Below, in pieces: positions 9,512 through 19,247 of a stretch of DNA of 64,000 nucleotides. The position numbers and the translations under genes are program-made. The notes beneath the pieces were generated by a model, which worked only from the letters and a program-made list of their open reading frames with translations, was not told the DNA's origin and ran no database searches. Source of the stretch: Candidatus Thorarchaeota archaeon (lineage in GTDB: Archaea > Asgardarchaeota > Thorarchaeia > Thorarchaeales > Thorarchaeaceae); contig JBHLQH010000001.1 in NCBI GenBank assembly GCA_048884965.1, forward strand, positions 249,559 through 313,558, given 5' to 3'. Within the stretch, counting starts at the first letter, position 1. Each line of letters starts with the position of its first letter.

Positions 9512-9793
9512 TCATAGTATCCTCTTGGTCTTCTCCCATATTTGTGGATCAAGAAGGAACGAGTGTATCTCTTCGATACCCATTACTGTGATAGCTTCAG
9601 ACCTACATGTATCCTTACATGACAAGCATCCAATGCAATTCTCAGGATTCGTAATTTCGGGAATCTCATTTGTTCTCTGTGTGATAACTGGAAGTTTTAC
9701 TAGGCTGTTCTCACCTGAATGCGGACATGAGTCAACACACTCGCCACATTTCACACAGGCATCTTCGTTTCTTGTAAGAATAATTCTTGACAT
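9512..9793 (-). CDS. 2x[4Fe-4S] ferredoxin
   Basis: CVKCGECVDSCP and CIGCLSCKDTC motifs; starts 1 nt after the hydrogenase large-subunit stop. Confidence 0.9.
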   Translation of the reverse strand: MSRIILTRNEDACVKCGECVDSCPHSGENSLVKLPVITQRTNEIPEITNPENCIGCLSCKDTCRSEAITVMGIEEIHSFLLDPQIWEKTKRIL

Positions 9794-9794
9794 A

Positions 9795-11141
9795 TCAATC
9801 GCCTCCTACTTTGGTTATGTGAGTTGAACAGGATATACAAGGATCATAAGCCCGCAGGACCATCTCGCAATTTCTGATTAGTCTGTCTTGATCGAGCCCT
9901 TGCTCCTTTCCAAAGACTACACTTTGTTTCAATGCATCATTGATAGCTAGTTGATTATTCTGAGTCGCTACTAGCAGATTCGCTTTGGTCACGAACCCAT
10001 TCGTAATTGCGTAGTGATGAAATAGTGTCCCTCGAGGAGCCTCAAGAACCCCTGCTGCTTCGCCATCCTTTGCTGTGACGGGGACTGATGTGTCATGCCG
10101 TTTCGCATCTGGTGAATCCAGAAGTACTTGGAGTCTTTCACAAGCATAGATTGCCTCGATTAATCTGACCCAATGTGAGAGGAGACTATGTTCCAGCGGA
10201 TTACCCCATTTATTCAGTAGTTCTTTCAATTCATTGTCTGCCATCTCTGTTCCAAATGAGCCATTCACGTTGGCACGTGCCAAACAATTGACTCGAAGGA
10301 TTCCCTTCTCTGGACCGAGAGATTTCAGAAACGGTGCCTTCATGAATGTTTCAGGGACTGTCATCTCTTTGATATAATCAGTATACACATTGGGATCAAA
10401 CATTGCAATCTCTTGACCCCCTGAGTCGATGAGACGTACTTGTCCTCTTGTGAATGAAACCTTTCCATTATCTGAGAGTGCCATGTAGTTTGAAGGGACT
10501 GATCCAATGGATGAAATGAAATCACTTTTCTCCTCAAACCAATTCTTCAATTGATCAAGGAAGATTTCGACAATGCCCTGAGCTTCAGATAGGAGTGATG
10601 AATAATCCAATGAATTTTCCAACAACGGATTGGCACCCATTCCTCCAAGCCTGACATTGACAGGGTGAACATTTCTGCCACCCATTGTTGCAGTAAGGCT
10701 TCGCCCAATTGTGTGAAGACGCATCCCCTTTTCAAAGAGGTCCGGATACTCAGACTTGATGTCCACAATACTATGAGCGTCATCCTTTGGAACCAGATCT
10801 GGCAAGGATAAAACAACGAACGACAATGCATGGGAGTCGATCAACTGTGATAGCACAAGCATTTCTCTAAGGACCTTTGCTGTCTCAGGAATATCTACAT
10901 TGAGAGCCTTCTCTATCGCTTGTGATGCACTGACAGCATGTGACACTGGGCACACTCCACATACACGACTGGCCAACCAAGGAATCCTTTCTATTGGGGC
11001 TCCGACCAAGAATGCCTCAAATCCTCTCAGAACTGGAGTTGTAAAGTATGCCCGATTGATAGAGCCGTCATCATGGAATTCTAAGTTCAGTCTTCCATGA
11101 GACTCAATTCTTGTCACTGGCTCTATCTTGATTTGAGTCAT
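9795..11141 (-). CDS. [NiFe]-hydrogenase large subunit, group 3 (MvhA-like)
   Basis: EPVTRIESHG, L1 RVCGVCPVSH, EAPRGTLFHHY, L2 DPCISCSTH; likely start ATG 11141 (GGAGGT SD, ATGA overlap with the small subunit). Confidence 0.93.
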   Translation of the reverse strand: MTQIKIEPVTRIESHGRLNLEFHDDGSINRAYFTTPVLRGFEAFLVGAPIERIPWLASRVCGVCPVSHAVSASQAIEKALNVDIPETAKVLREMLVLSQLIDSHALSFVVLSLPDLVPKDDAHSIVDIKSEYPDLFEKGMRLHTIGRSLTATMGGRNVHPVNVRLGGMGANPLLENSLDYSSLLSEAQGIVEIFLDQLKNWFEEKSDFISSIGSVPSNYMALSDNGKVSFTRGQVRLIDSGGQEIAMFDPNVYTDYIKEMTVPETFMKAPFLKSLGPEKGILRVNCLARANVNGSFGTEMADNELKELLNKWGNPLEHSLLSHWVRLIEAIYACERLQVLLDSPDAKRHDTSVPVTAKDGEAAGVLEAPRGTLFHHYAITNGFVTKANLLVATQNNQLAINDALKQSVVFGKEQGLDQDRLIRNCEMVLRAYDPCISCSTHITKVGGD

Positions 11142-12082
11142 TTCATTACCTCCTTCTTCATGATTGGTGCTTGAAGCTCCACAATCTTCGAGTATGGTTT
11201 TCGTTTCATGGCTTGACTCGCGAATGTGAATGGGAAGAATCTCCATGGGATGGCTTGGATCTCCTTTAGCACATCTGCTTCAGATCTTCCTGAGAAATGT
11301 GATACTCTGCTCACAAAATCTCGCAGAACGTTATGAGTGGGTTGAATGAGAACTCTATCTGTTGGTCCTCTGCATCCACTACAGGCAATATTCATAGATG
11401 GGCATTGAGCACTACATCCGCCCCGTGTGACTGAGCCAAGACAAATGTATCCCTGTGATAGCAAGCATATATCCTCATCAGGTATTGTGAGATTCTCGAA
11501 GCTCTCAATGTGTCTATGCTCTATTCGTCTGCCGCAGCTCGCACACACTGGAAGGCGATGCTCTGTCGTCATCTCGATCTCCTTTCCCGCAAGCACCAAA
11601 GGAAGCGCATGTTGCAGAACTGACTCCGACGGTGGGCATCCTGGGATGTAATAGTCTATAGTGACGAATCTATCCAAGCTCTCCAGTCTAGGAATCACTG
11701 TGGGAGTATCTGAGTAGGTGCCAGAATCTCCAGTGACCACCTTCAACAGGTCATCAGTTCTTTGAAGATTCCCTAGAGCTTGAATGCCACCATAACTAGC
11801 GCAGGACCCTAGTGCTACTAGGATTTTAGACTTCTCTCTTGCGTCCCGGAGCTTTGCAAGATCTTCATCTGTTCGTACCGCTCCTTCGACCAAGCAACAA
11901 TCGACATTTGGAAGCTCTCTCGCATCCATGATTGTAGTGGCATATTTAATATCTGACAGCATTCTACTCAAGATCTCCTTCTGATCTAGAATAGACACCT
12001 GACAGCCTGAGCATGCTGAGAGACTTACAATTGCAATATCCAATCTCTCACTCAGCTCCTGAAGTAGATTTTCTTCAAGCAT
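11138..12082 (-). CDS. [NiFe]-hydrogenase small subunit, MvhG-like (true start may be ~40 nt downstream)
   Basis: CSGC, VEGAV, GSCASYGG, PGCPP, VCASC, CLLSQGYICLGSVTRGGCSAQCP..CSGCRGP. Confidence 0.92.
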   Translation of the reverse strand: MLEENLLQELSERLDIAIVSLSACSGCQVSILDQKEILSRMLSDIKYATTIMDARELPNVDCCLVEGAVRTDEDLAKLRDAREKSKILVALGSCASYGGIQALGNLQRTDDLLKVVTGDSGTYSDTPTVIPRLESLDRFVTIDYYIPGCPPSESVLQHALPLVLAGKEIEMTTEHRLPVCASCGRRIEHRHIESFENLTIPDEDICLLSQGYICLGSVTRGGCSAQCPSMNIACSGCRGPTDRVLIQPTHNVLRDFVSRVSHFSGRSEADVLKEIQAIPWRFFPFTFASQAMKRKPYSKIVELQAPIMKKEVMK

Positions 12083-12543
12083 GAATTTGGTCCAGTATGT
12101 TCGATCTCCATTCCGACTTTCTTATCCATGATTTCTGATAGCATCCCGCAAAGGTTGCCATTTGTGAGATAACAGATTGGACCCCCTTGTTGCATTCCAT
12201 GTGAGAGTACCGCTTGTCGAATTGGGCATTCATGGATTACTATCTTCGCAGATGTATTTCCTTTCTCATCGACATATTCATACGACTCTTGCTCCTTTTC
12301 CTTGAAAAGCTGCACATTCCATACTCCGTCGAACGCCTCATTTACACTAGAAATTGCTTCCTCGATAGAATCAGATTTGGGGATATTCCTGCCAATCGTT
12401 CTTCCTTCTTCAACTCCAGTGGTGAAGATTAATCCTTTTGATCCTCGTCCAAGTAGGTCTTCTATGCCATTATTGAGGGTTGTTAACAGTGAGAGTGCGC
12501 TGCTTAGCAACTTTGTCTGTTGGTCTTTTGTGGGGACGAACAT
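12052..12543 (-). CDS. V4R-like domain protein, copy 2, first gene of the hydrogenase operon
   Basis: ECPIR, GPICYLTNGNLCGML, HTGPNSC; its stop abuts or overlaps the small-subunit start. Confidence 0.82.
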   Translation of the reverse strand: MFVPTKDQQTKLLSSALSLLTTLNNGIEDLLGRGSKGLIFTTGVEEGRTIGRNIPKSDSIEEAISSVNEAFDGVWNVQLFKEKEQESYEYVDEKGNTSAKIVIHECPIRQAVLSHGMQQGGPICYLTNGNLCGMLSEIMDKKVGMEIEHTGPNSCLKKIYFRS

Positions 12544-12687
12544 GGCTTGTTGAGATTAAAGAGGAGATATAATGTTTCTGCGCAGCAATATCGGACACAT
12601 TTATGGACCTACAAGCAGCAAAACACATATGCAGGGAGCATCAGACAATGCGAGATAGACTATTGCACTTTCGGAGGCGCCTAGATC

Positions 12688-14403
12688 ATGGATATTTCGT
12701 TCAATATAGGTGGCGAAGCTGGTCAAGGAATCGATACCATTGGAGATCTCTTGACGCAGATCTTTGTCAAACAAGGATTCTACACATTCACCTCTAAAGA
12801 TTTCATGTCACGAATTAGAGGTGGATACAATTTCAATGTGATTCGGGTATCAGACAAGCCTGTGTTTGCATCCCTTGATACATACAATGTGATCGTGGCT
12901 CTAACAGAGGATGCCATCAGAGAACCTCGTGATAATCTAAGTGAAGGTGGAGTGATTATCTTTGATGAATCCATCGAGTTGAAAGAACTCGAAGCGTGTC
13001 ATTTCTCGGCACCTCTGGAAAAGACGGCAAAAGAGATAGGTGGCGATGTGAGGATGATGAATGCTGCAGCGCTAGGTGCAGTTCTTTCTGTTCTCAAGTT
13101 CCCATTCAAGCTTGCTGAAGATATGCTAACGGGTATTTTCAGTAGGAAGGGAGAGAAGGTCGTCGAGTCCAACATTGCAGTCGCCAAGGCATTATATGAT
13201 CTAACGAACGAGAGATTCTCTGGACCATGTAGTGAGAATCTGAGTGCCATTGAAAGTGGACCATGTAAAGACACTCTAATGTTGACTGGGAATCAAGGTG
13301 TTGCATTTGGAGCTATGGCTGCAAATGTAAAGTGGGTATCGTCATACCCAATGAGTCCTTCTACGTCAGTTTTCATAGATATCATTTCAAATGCAAATAA
13401 ATTGAAAATTGGAACCATTCAATCAGAGGATGAGATATCTGCCATCCTTATGGCCATCGGAGCTTCCTATGGAGGTGCTCGCGCAATGACAACAACCTCT
13501 GGTGGAGGATTCGCTTTGATGGTTGAGGCGCTGGGATTCGCAGCAATGTCTGAAACTCCTGTAATCATATACAATGCGCAAAGACCTGGTCCAAGCACAG
13601 GACTTCCTACACGAACAGAACAAGCAGATCTTCTTTTCTCGGTCTTCGCGAGTCAAGGAGAGTTTCCAAGAATTATACTCGCACCAAAAGACCCCGTTGA
13701 TGGATTTGATGTCACGGTGCGTGCGTTCAATCTTTCTGAGAAATTTCAGGTTCCTGTCATGATACTCGGGGATCAATACTTTGCTGACTCTGTGATGAAT
13801 CTGCCACGGATTGATGTTTCCTCAGTAAAGATCGATCGAGGTAGTCTGGCGGATGAGAATGATACTGCATACAAGCGCTATTTGCTCACAAATGATGGTG
13901 TTTCTCCCAGAGCATTTCCTGGAACTCCCGGGAAAGTGGTAGTTGCTTCTGGGAATGTGCATCTTGAGAATGGACATATAACAGAAAATGCTCAGGTTCG
14001 CGACGCCATGGTTCACAAATTCATGAACAAGATTCCTTTCATCATGAAGGATATGCAGCATCCAACCTTATACGGAGCGAAGGACGCTGACATCACTTTG
14101 CTTACCTGGGGCTCATCCTGGGGTGCAGCTTTTGAAGCAATGCAAATTCTTTCTGAGCAAGGAACATCAATCAATCTATTGCATTTCACAGATATCTATC
14201 CAATGCGTGATGAGATCCTCAAGGAGGTTTTTGCAAGGGCGAAGAAAGTCGTTGCAGTAGAGCAAAATGCACTATCACAATTTGCGAAGCTTGTAAGGAT
14301 GGAAGTTGGGCTAAACGTAACGCATCATGTGAACCGCTATGATGGGCGACCGATGACCGCAAGATGGATTATTGAGAAGCTCAAGGAGGTTGGTGCTCTA
14401 TGA
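12688..14403 (+). CDS. korA: 2-oxoacid:ferredoxin oxidoreductase alpha subunit (gamma-alpha fusion)
   Basis: GGEAGQG, YPMSPS, EDEISA, TTTSGGGF, QRPGPSTGLPT. Confidence 0.92.
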   Translation: MDISFNIGGEAGQGIDTIGDLLTQIFVKQGFYTFTSKDFMSRIRGGYNFNVIRVSDKPVFASLDTYNVIVALTEDAIREPRDNLSEGGVIIFDESIELKELEACHFSAPLEKTAKEIGGDVRMMNAAALGAVLSVLKFPFKLAEDMLTGIFSRKGEKVVESNIAVAKALYDLTNERFSGPCSENLSAIESGPCKDTLMLTGNQGVAFGAMAANVKWVSSYPMSPSTSVFIDIISNANKLKIGTIQSEDEISAILMAIGASYGGARAMTTTSGGGFALMVEALGFAAMSETPVIIYNAQRPGPSTGLPTRTEQADLLFSVFASQGEFPRIILAPKDPVDGFDVTVRAFNLSEKFQVPVMILGDQYFADSVMNLPRIDVSSVKIDRGSLADENDTAYKRYLLTNDGVSPRAFPGTPGKVVVASGNVHLENGHITENAQVRDAMVHKFMNKIPFIMKDMQHPTLYGAKDADITLLTWGSSWGAAFEAMQILSEQGTSINLLHFTDIYPMRDEILKEVFARAKKVVAVEQNALSQFAKLVRMEVGLNVTHHVNRYDGRPMTARWIIEKLKEVGAL

Positions 14404-15266
14404 TTACAGCCGATAAATTAGAAGGAGTTCAGAAAGTCACTTGGTGTACAGGATGCGGTAACTTTGGAATCTTAGCCTCGTTGAAGAAGGCAGTAATGGA
14501 GCTAGATGTTCCACATGAGGACCTAGTCTTGATATCTGGCATAGGTTGCTCAAGCAAGATTCCTCATTACATCAATCTGAGCGCAATGCATACCTTACAT
14601 GGAAGGCCTATCCCAGTCGCTACTGGTGTTCATCTTGTAAATCAGGATTTAACTGTCTTTGTACATACTGGTGATGGTGATTGTCTAGGAGAGGGTCTCG
14701 GGCATTTTGTTCATGCTGCGAGGCGAAATGTGAACATGGCTGTATTCATCCATAACAACGGAGTGAATGGTCTTACAAAGGGACAGTTCTCCCCCTCAGC
14801 TAGAAGAGGGTATGTATCCAACACATCTCCACCACCACCCGGTGCACCGATGGATCCAGTGAATCCAATTGCTCTCGCTTTGTCTTCAGGTGCCAGCTTT
14901 GCAGCTAGAGGTTTTTCTGGTGACCAGAAAAATCTTGTAGAAATAATGATTCGCGCTATCAAACACCGAGGATTTGCGGTGGTGGACATCCTCCAACCTT
15001 GTGTCACGTGGAACCGATCCCTAACATGGGCATTCTACAACAAACATACCTACAATCTACAAGAGAATGGACACGATGAAACTGATCGCTTCAAGGCAAT
15101 AGAAAAGTCAATGGAATGGGGTGAGAGAATCCCCACAGGAATCTTCTTTGATGTTGAGTGCACTGATCTTGCACAAAGCCTTTCACTACCAAGTGATGGT
15201 AGACTAAAGGAGCATGTCAATGATTTGTCCATCGTTCAACAGCTGATTGACGAGAAGATGATCTAG
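14400..15266 (+). CDS. korB: 2-oxoacid:ferredoxin oxidoreductase beta subunit
   Basis: WCTGCGN, SGIGCS, GDGD...NN ThDP motif, LQPCVTWN; ATGA overlap with korA. Confidence 0.92.
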   Translation: MITADKLEGVQKVTWCTGCGNFGILASLKKAVMELDVPHEDLVLISGIGCSSKIPHYINLSAMHTLHGRPIPVATGVHLVNQDLTVFVHTGDGDCLGEGLGHFVHAARRNVNMAVFIHNNGVNGLTKGQFSPSARRGYVSNTSPPPPGAPMDPVNPIALALSSGASFAARGFSGDQKNLVEIMIRAIKHRGFAVVDILQPCVTWNRSLTWAFYNKHTYNLQENGHDETDRFKAIEKSMEWGERIPTGIFFDVECTDLAQSLSLPSDGRLKEHVNDLSIVQQLIDEKMI

Positions 15267-15268
15267 TT

Positions 15269-15298
15269 AAAGGAAGAGGGCAACAAGTCCTCTTCTTT
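15269..15298 (+). terminator. Hairpin after korB
   Basis: gaagagg..cctcttc stem followed by Ts. Confidence 0.45.
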
Positions 15299-15360
15299 AT
15301 GCACACGAAGTAAAACAATATGTAGAACTTGTGCCTATGAGAAAAGTTGAGGCGAATTCT

Positions 15361-16746
15361 ATGGTGAAGATGAGGAAAGAAAGCGATGTGCTTGGTACTG
15401 TTGAGGTTCCCGATGATGCATACTTTGGGATAAATACTCAGCGTGCCATCCGCAATTTCTCGATTAGTGGACGACGAATGCCAATAGCATTCATAGTCGC
15501 CTTAGCCCAGGTGAAGAAGGCGTGTTTACTCTCAAACATTGAACATGGAGAGATAGAGAACGAGATAGGTGAAGCACTCCTTACATCGGTTGACGAAATC
15601 CTTCACCATGAGAAGTTCTTCGATCAGTTTCCTGTTGATGTGTTCCAGACTGGTTCTGGAACGCAGACGAATACCAACATGAATGAGGTTCTAGCAAATA
15701 GAGCAAACGAATTGCTCGGACATTCAAAGGGAATGAAATCTCCTGTACATCCTAATGATCATGTGAACTTGGGACAGTCAAGCAATGATGTCATCCCTAC
15801 GGCGATGCATGTGGCTGCCCTTAGTGGAATCACAAAAGACTTACTCCCTGCTGTGGAGCGACTAATGCAAATTTTGGATGTCAAGATATCAGAGTTCAAA
15901 GGGATTGTTAAGATTGGGCGAACGCATCTTCAGGATGCTGTTCCTATACCCTTATCGATGGAGTTTGATGTATATAGATCACAGGTCATATCGAATTTTG
16001 ATGATCTTCAACATGTACGTGAGGATTTGGTACGCCTCCCAATAGGGGGCACTGTACTCGGTACTGGCTTGAATGCACCTGAAGGCTTCTCAGTTCGTGT
16101 AGTAAAACATCTTTCAAAAATAACAGGACTCCCTCTTGAGATCAATCCTGTGCTTGCTGAGGGGATCGCTTCACATCGTGCACTTGTGAAACTAAGTAGT
16201 GTGTTGAAATTGTTGGCACTTAGTTGTCTTAAGATGGCGAATGACATCCGCTGGATGGCATCTGGTCCTCGAGCAGGTTTGGGTGAATTACTATTGCCTG
16301 AAAATGAGCCTGGTTCCTCTATTATGCCTGGTAAGATCAACCCAACTCAATCGGAATCTCTTATTCAAGTTGCCTTACAGGTGATTGGATACGATGCTGC
16401 TATCACACTTGGAGAAGGATTTGGTAGCATCCTAGATCTAAATGTGGCCAAGCCCTTGATTATAACTAATATACTTGATTCAATCAATATCCTCTCAAAT
16501 GGAATCATATCTTTCGTCAACAAGTGCCTCATTGATCTCACACCCAATCAAGAGATCATTCGATCCCATCTGGATAGGAGTCTTATGATAGTAACTCGCC
16601 TCTCGCCAGTAATAGGGTATGATAAGGCTGCAGAGGTAGCTCGGCATGCATATGAGAGTGGGAAGACCGTGAAGGAAGCGGTTATTGATATGGGATTGAG
16701 TATTGAGAATCTGGATGAGATATTAGACCCCGCAAGAATGATTTGA
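15361..16746 (+). CDS. fumC: Class II fumarate hydratase
   Basis: QTGSGT, VHPNDHVN.GQSSND, KIGRTHLQDA, GSSIMPGKINP; start placed at ATG 15361. Confidence 0.92.
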   Translation: MVKMRKESDVLGTVEVPDDAYFGINTQRAIRNFSISGRRMPIAFIVALAQVKKACLLSNIEHGEIENEIGEALLTSVDEILHHEKFFDQFPVDVFQTGSGTQTNTNMNEVLANRANELLGHSKGMKSPVHPNDHVNLGQSSNDVIPTAMHVAALSGITKDLLPAVERLMQILDVKISEFKGIVKIGRTHLQDAVPIPLSMEFDVYRSQVISNFDDLQHVREDLVRLPIGGTVLGTGLNAPEGFSVRVVKHLSKITGLPLEINPVLAEGIASHRALVKLSSVLKLLALSCLKMANDIRWMASGPRAGLGELLLPENEPGSSIMPGKINPTQSESLIQVALQVIGYDAAITLGEGFGSILDLNVAKPLIITNILDSINILSNGIISFVNKCLIDLTPNQEIIRSHLDRSLMIVTRLSPVIGYDKAAEVARHAYESGKTVKEAVIDMGLSIENLDEILDPARMI

Positions 16747-16835
16747 GTTCAATGTGATTCCGCTTGAGAATAATTCATAACTGATGTGCCCTCCCTTTTT
16801 GCTGCTTAGTTCGCTTTCAGAGGAGGATAACAAGG

Positions 16836-18515
16836 GTGATCCATTCACATGATGTACTAGTCATAGGAGCTGGTCTAGCAGGACTTCGAGTCGCGATTGA
16901 ACTGGCTGATACTCATGATGTGGCGATTCTAACCAAAGTTCATTCACTTCGCTCACATTCGGTTGCTGCACAAGGTGGGATAAATGCGGCTCTAGGGGAG
17001 GATGACTCTTGGGAGGTCCATGCCTTCGATACTGTGAAAGGTTCAGACTATCTTGCAGACCAAGACGCAGTTGAAATCCTTACAAGGGAAGCCCCTCAAG
17101 CTGTAATTGAAAACGAACGATGGGGCACCGCATTTTCGCGTACTGAGGATGGTAAAATTGCTCAACGCCCTTTTGGAGGTGCAGGCTTTCCAAGAACTTG
17201 CTACGCTTCAGATCGCACTGGCCACAATCTACTACATACGACCTTTGAACAGGCAATACGTCTGGGCATAAAGTTCTATGACGAGTTCTTTGTGACTTCT
17301 CTGGTTCGAAGCGATACGAAGATATCCGGAGCAACGGCTCTTGAGATTTCTACTGGTGAGGTACATGGATTCAATGCAAAGGCTGTGGTTATAGCCACTG
17401 GAGGATTTGGACGTGTTTACGCTCGCTCCACCAATGCAATCATCAATACAGGAGATGGATGCAGCCTTGCTTTGAGAATCAGCGTACCCTTGAAGGATAT
17501 GGAATTCGTCCAATTTCATCCCACAACACTGTTCGGTTCTAGCATACTAATCACGGAAGGTGCCCGAGGTGAGGGTGGTCATTTGATCAACTCCAAGGGA
17601 GAGCGATTCATGGCCAAGTACGCTCCAGAGAAGATGGAGCTTGCACCTCGCGACATTGTAGCAAGAGCTATACGAACCGAGGTCTTGGAAGGTCGGGGAT
17701 ATGAGAATGAGTATGTTCACCTAGACCTAACCCATCTGGGCAAAGAGAAGATTATGGAGCGTCTCCCTGGCATCCGGGAGATCTGTATTTACTTCGCTGG
17801 CATCGATCCAATTCAGGAGCCTATCCCTGTTCAACCAGGACAGCATTATTCAATGGGCGGTGTTGATTGTAACAGATCTGGTGAGACCTCACTTCGGGGT
17901 TTGTATGCTGTAGGTGAGGCATCGTGTATGAGTGTTCACGGCGCAAACAGGTTGGGCGGTAATTCACTGTTGGAAACCTTGGTCTTTGGACGCGTTGTTG
18001 GAGCTGAAGTAAGGGAGTTTCTAAAGCAAGCTGAGGGTCCTAGTGGCGTATCGATGAGGGATCAGGTTCATTCTGTTCGAGAAAAGCTCCAGACTATCCT
18101 CTTTAGAGAAACGGGAGAATCTGTTGTTGGTCTAAGAGAATCCTTGACTGAGATTATGGACGCAAAGGTAGGAGTATTCCGTCGTCCTGAAGATATCAAA
18201 GAAGCTCTTGATGTGATTCATGATGTCAGAGAAAGATTCGCTGCAATAGCCCTTGGTGGATCTGATAAACGTTTCAACTATTCCCTAATCCGAGCACTTG
18301 AGCTTGAGAATATGATTGATTTAGCTGAAGCTATAGCTCTCGGAGCTTTGAAACGTGAAGAGAGTAGAGGGGCACATTGGCGATTGGATTTTCCGCATCG
18401 TGATGATGGTCGTTTCCTGAAACATACCCTTGCAATGCTTTCACCTGAAGGAATGCAGATAAGCTATAAGGATGTGAATCTTGGAAGATTTGAAGTAAAG
18501 GAGAGGACATACTAA
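16836..18515 (+). CDS. sdhA: Succinate dehydrogenase/fumarate reductase flavoprotein
   Basis: GAGLAG, RSHSVAAQGG (covalent FAD His), QFHPT, HGANRLGGNSL, ESRGAH. Confidence 0.93.
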   Translation: MIHSHDVLVIGAGLAGLRVAIELADTHDVAILTKVHSLRSHSVAAQGGINAALGEDDSWEVHAFDTVKGSDYLADQDAVEILTREAPQAVIENERWGTAFSRTEDGKIAQRPFGGAGFPRTCYASDRTGHNLLHTTFEQAIRLGIKFYDEFFVTSLVRSDTKISGATALEISTGEVHGFNAKAVVIATGGFGRVYARSTNAIINTGDGCSLALRISVPLKDMEFVQFHPTTLFGSSILITEGARGEGGHLINSKGERFMAKYAPEKMELAPRDIVARAIRTEVLEGRGYENEYVHLDLTHLGKEKIMERLPGIREICIYFAGIDPIQEPIPVQPGQHYSMGGVDCNRSGETSLRGLYAVGEASCMSVHGANRLGGNSLLETLVFGRVVGAEVREFLKQAEGPSGVSMRDQVHSVREKLQTILFRETGESVVGLRESLTEIMDAKVGVFRRPEDIKEALDVIHDVRERFAAIALGGSDKRFNYSLIRALELENMIDLAEAIALGALKREESRGAHWRLDFPHRDDGRFLKHTLAMLSPEGMQISYKDVNLGRFEVKERTY

Positions 18516-19243
18516 TGATTTTCAGAATAGCACGAAGTCGGGATGGTGGAGCCATCACTCATTATGATCTCTACAAGATTCAGGAAAGGAAGGGTATGAC
18601 TATCTTGGATGCACTCTTCCAAATTCAGGATCGTATGGACTCTTCTCTTGCGTTCCGCTATTCCTGTAGGGGTGCCGTCTGTGGAAGTTGTGCTATGTTG
18701 ATCAACAAAGAACCCCGCTTGGCTTGTCGAACTCAGGTTTCATCAATTCATACCGAGCCGCTAAACCTCAGACCTTTTCCGTCAATAAGTGAAACTCCTC
18801 AGGGATGGGATCATGAGAAGGAGATACTTATTGAGCCACTTCCCAATTTTCCCATACTCAAGGATCTCGTCGTTGATATGACCAAATTCTATGACACACT
18901 AAAGGAGCTCAGATTATGGGCCGATCCTGTGTCTGGAGAGACTTCTCGTTTTCAGAGTCCTGAAGATCGTGAGGTCATAAGACGATATGTGAATTGTATC
19001 TTATGCGCAATTTGCTATGGCTCTTGCCCGGTAAACTTTGAGAATGAAGATTATGTAGGGCCTGCTGCTCTAGCGAAGGCGTATAGATTCAATCAGGATT
19101 CGAGGTCTCCTGATGCTGAGAGGTATTTGAATGACGCTAAAGGTCCTCATGGTGCTCCTCTGTGTGACCTCGTCATGAATTGCGTCAAAGCATGCCCTAA
19201 AGGTGTCGCACCTGGAGGAGCAATTCGAAAGATGAAAGAATGA
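18515..19243 (+). CDS. sdhB: Succinate dehydrogenase/fumarate reductase Fe-S subunit
   Basis: SCRGAVCGSC [2Fe-2S], CILCAICYGSCP, CDLVMNCVKACP. Confidence 0.93.
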   Translation: MIFRIARSRDGGAITHYDLYKIQERKGMTILDALFQIQDRMDSSLAFRYSCRGAVCGSCAMLINKEPRLACRTQVSSIHTEPLNLRPFPSISETPQGWDHEKEILIEPLPNFPILKDLVVDMTKFYDTLKELRLWADPVSGETSRFQSPEDREVIRRYVNCILCAICYGSCPVNFENEDYVGPAALAKAYRFNQDSRSPDAERYLNDAKGPHGAPLCDLVMNCVKACPKGVAPGGAIRKMKE

Positions 19244-19247
19244 GGGC

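Noticed and set aside
11142-11246. N-terminal extensions in the ORF track (hydrogenase large subunit; also ligase, PTPS, flippase fusion and hydrolase)
   Set aside because: They overlap neighbouring genes or promoter regions; downstream starts fit the family N-termini better and several have SD motifs.
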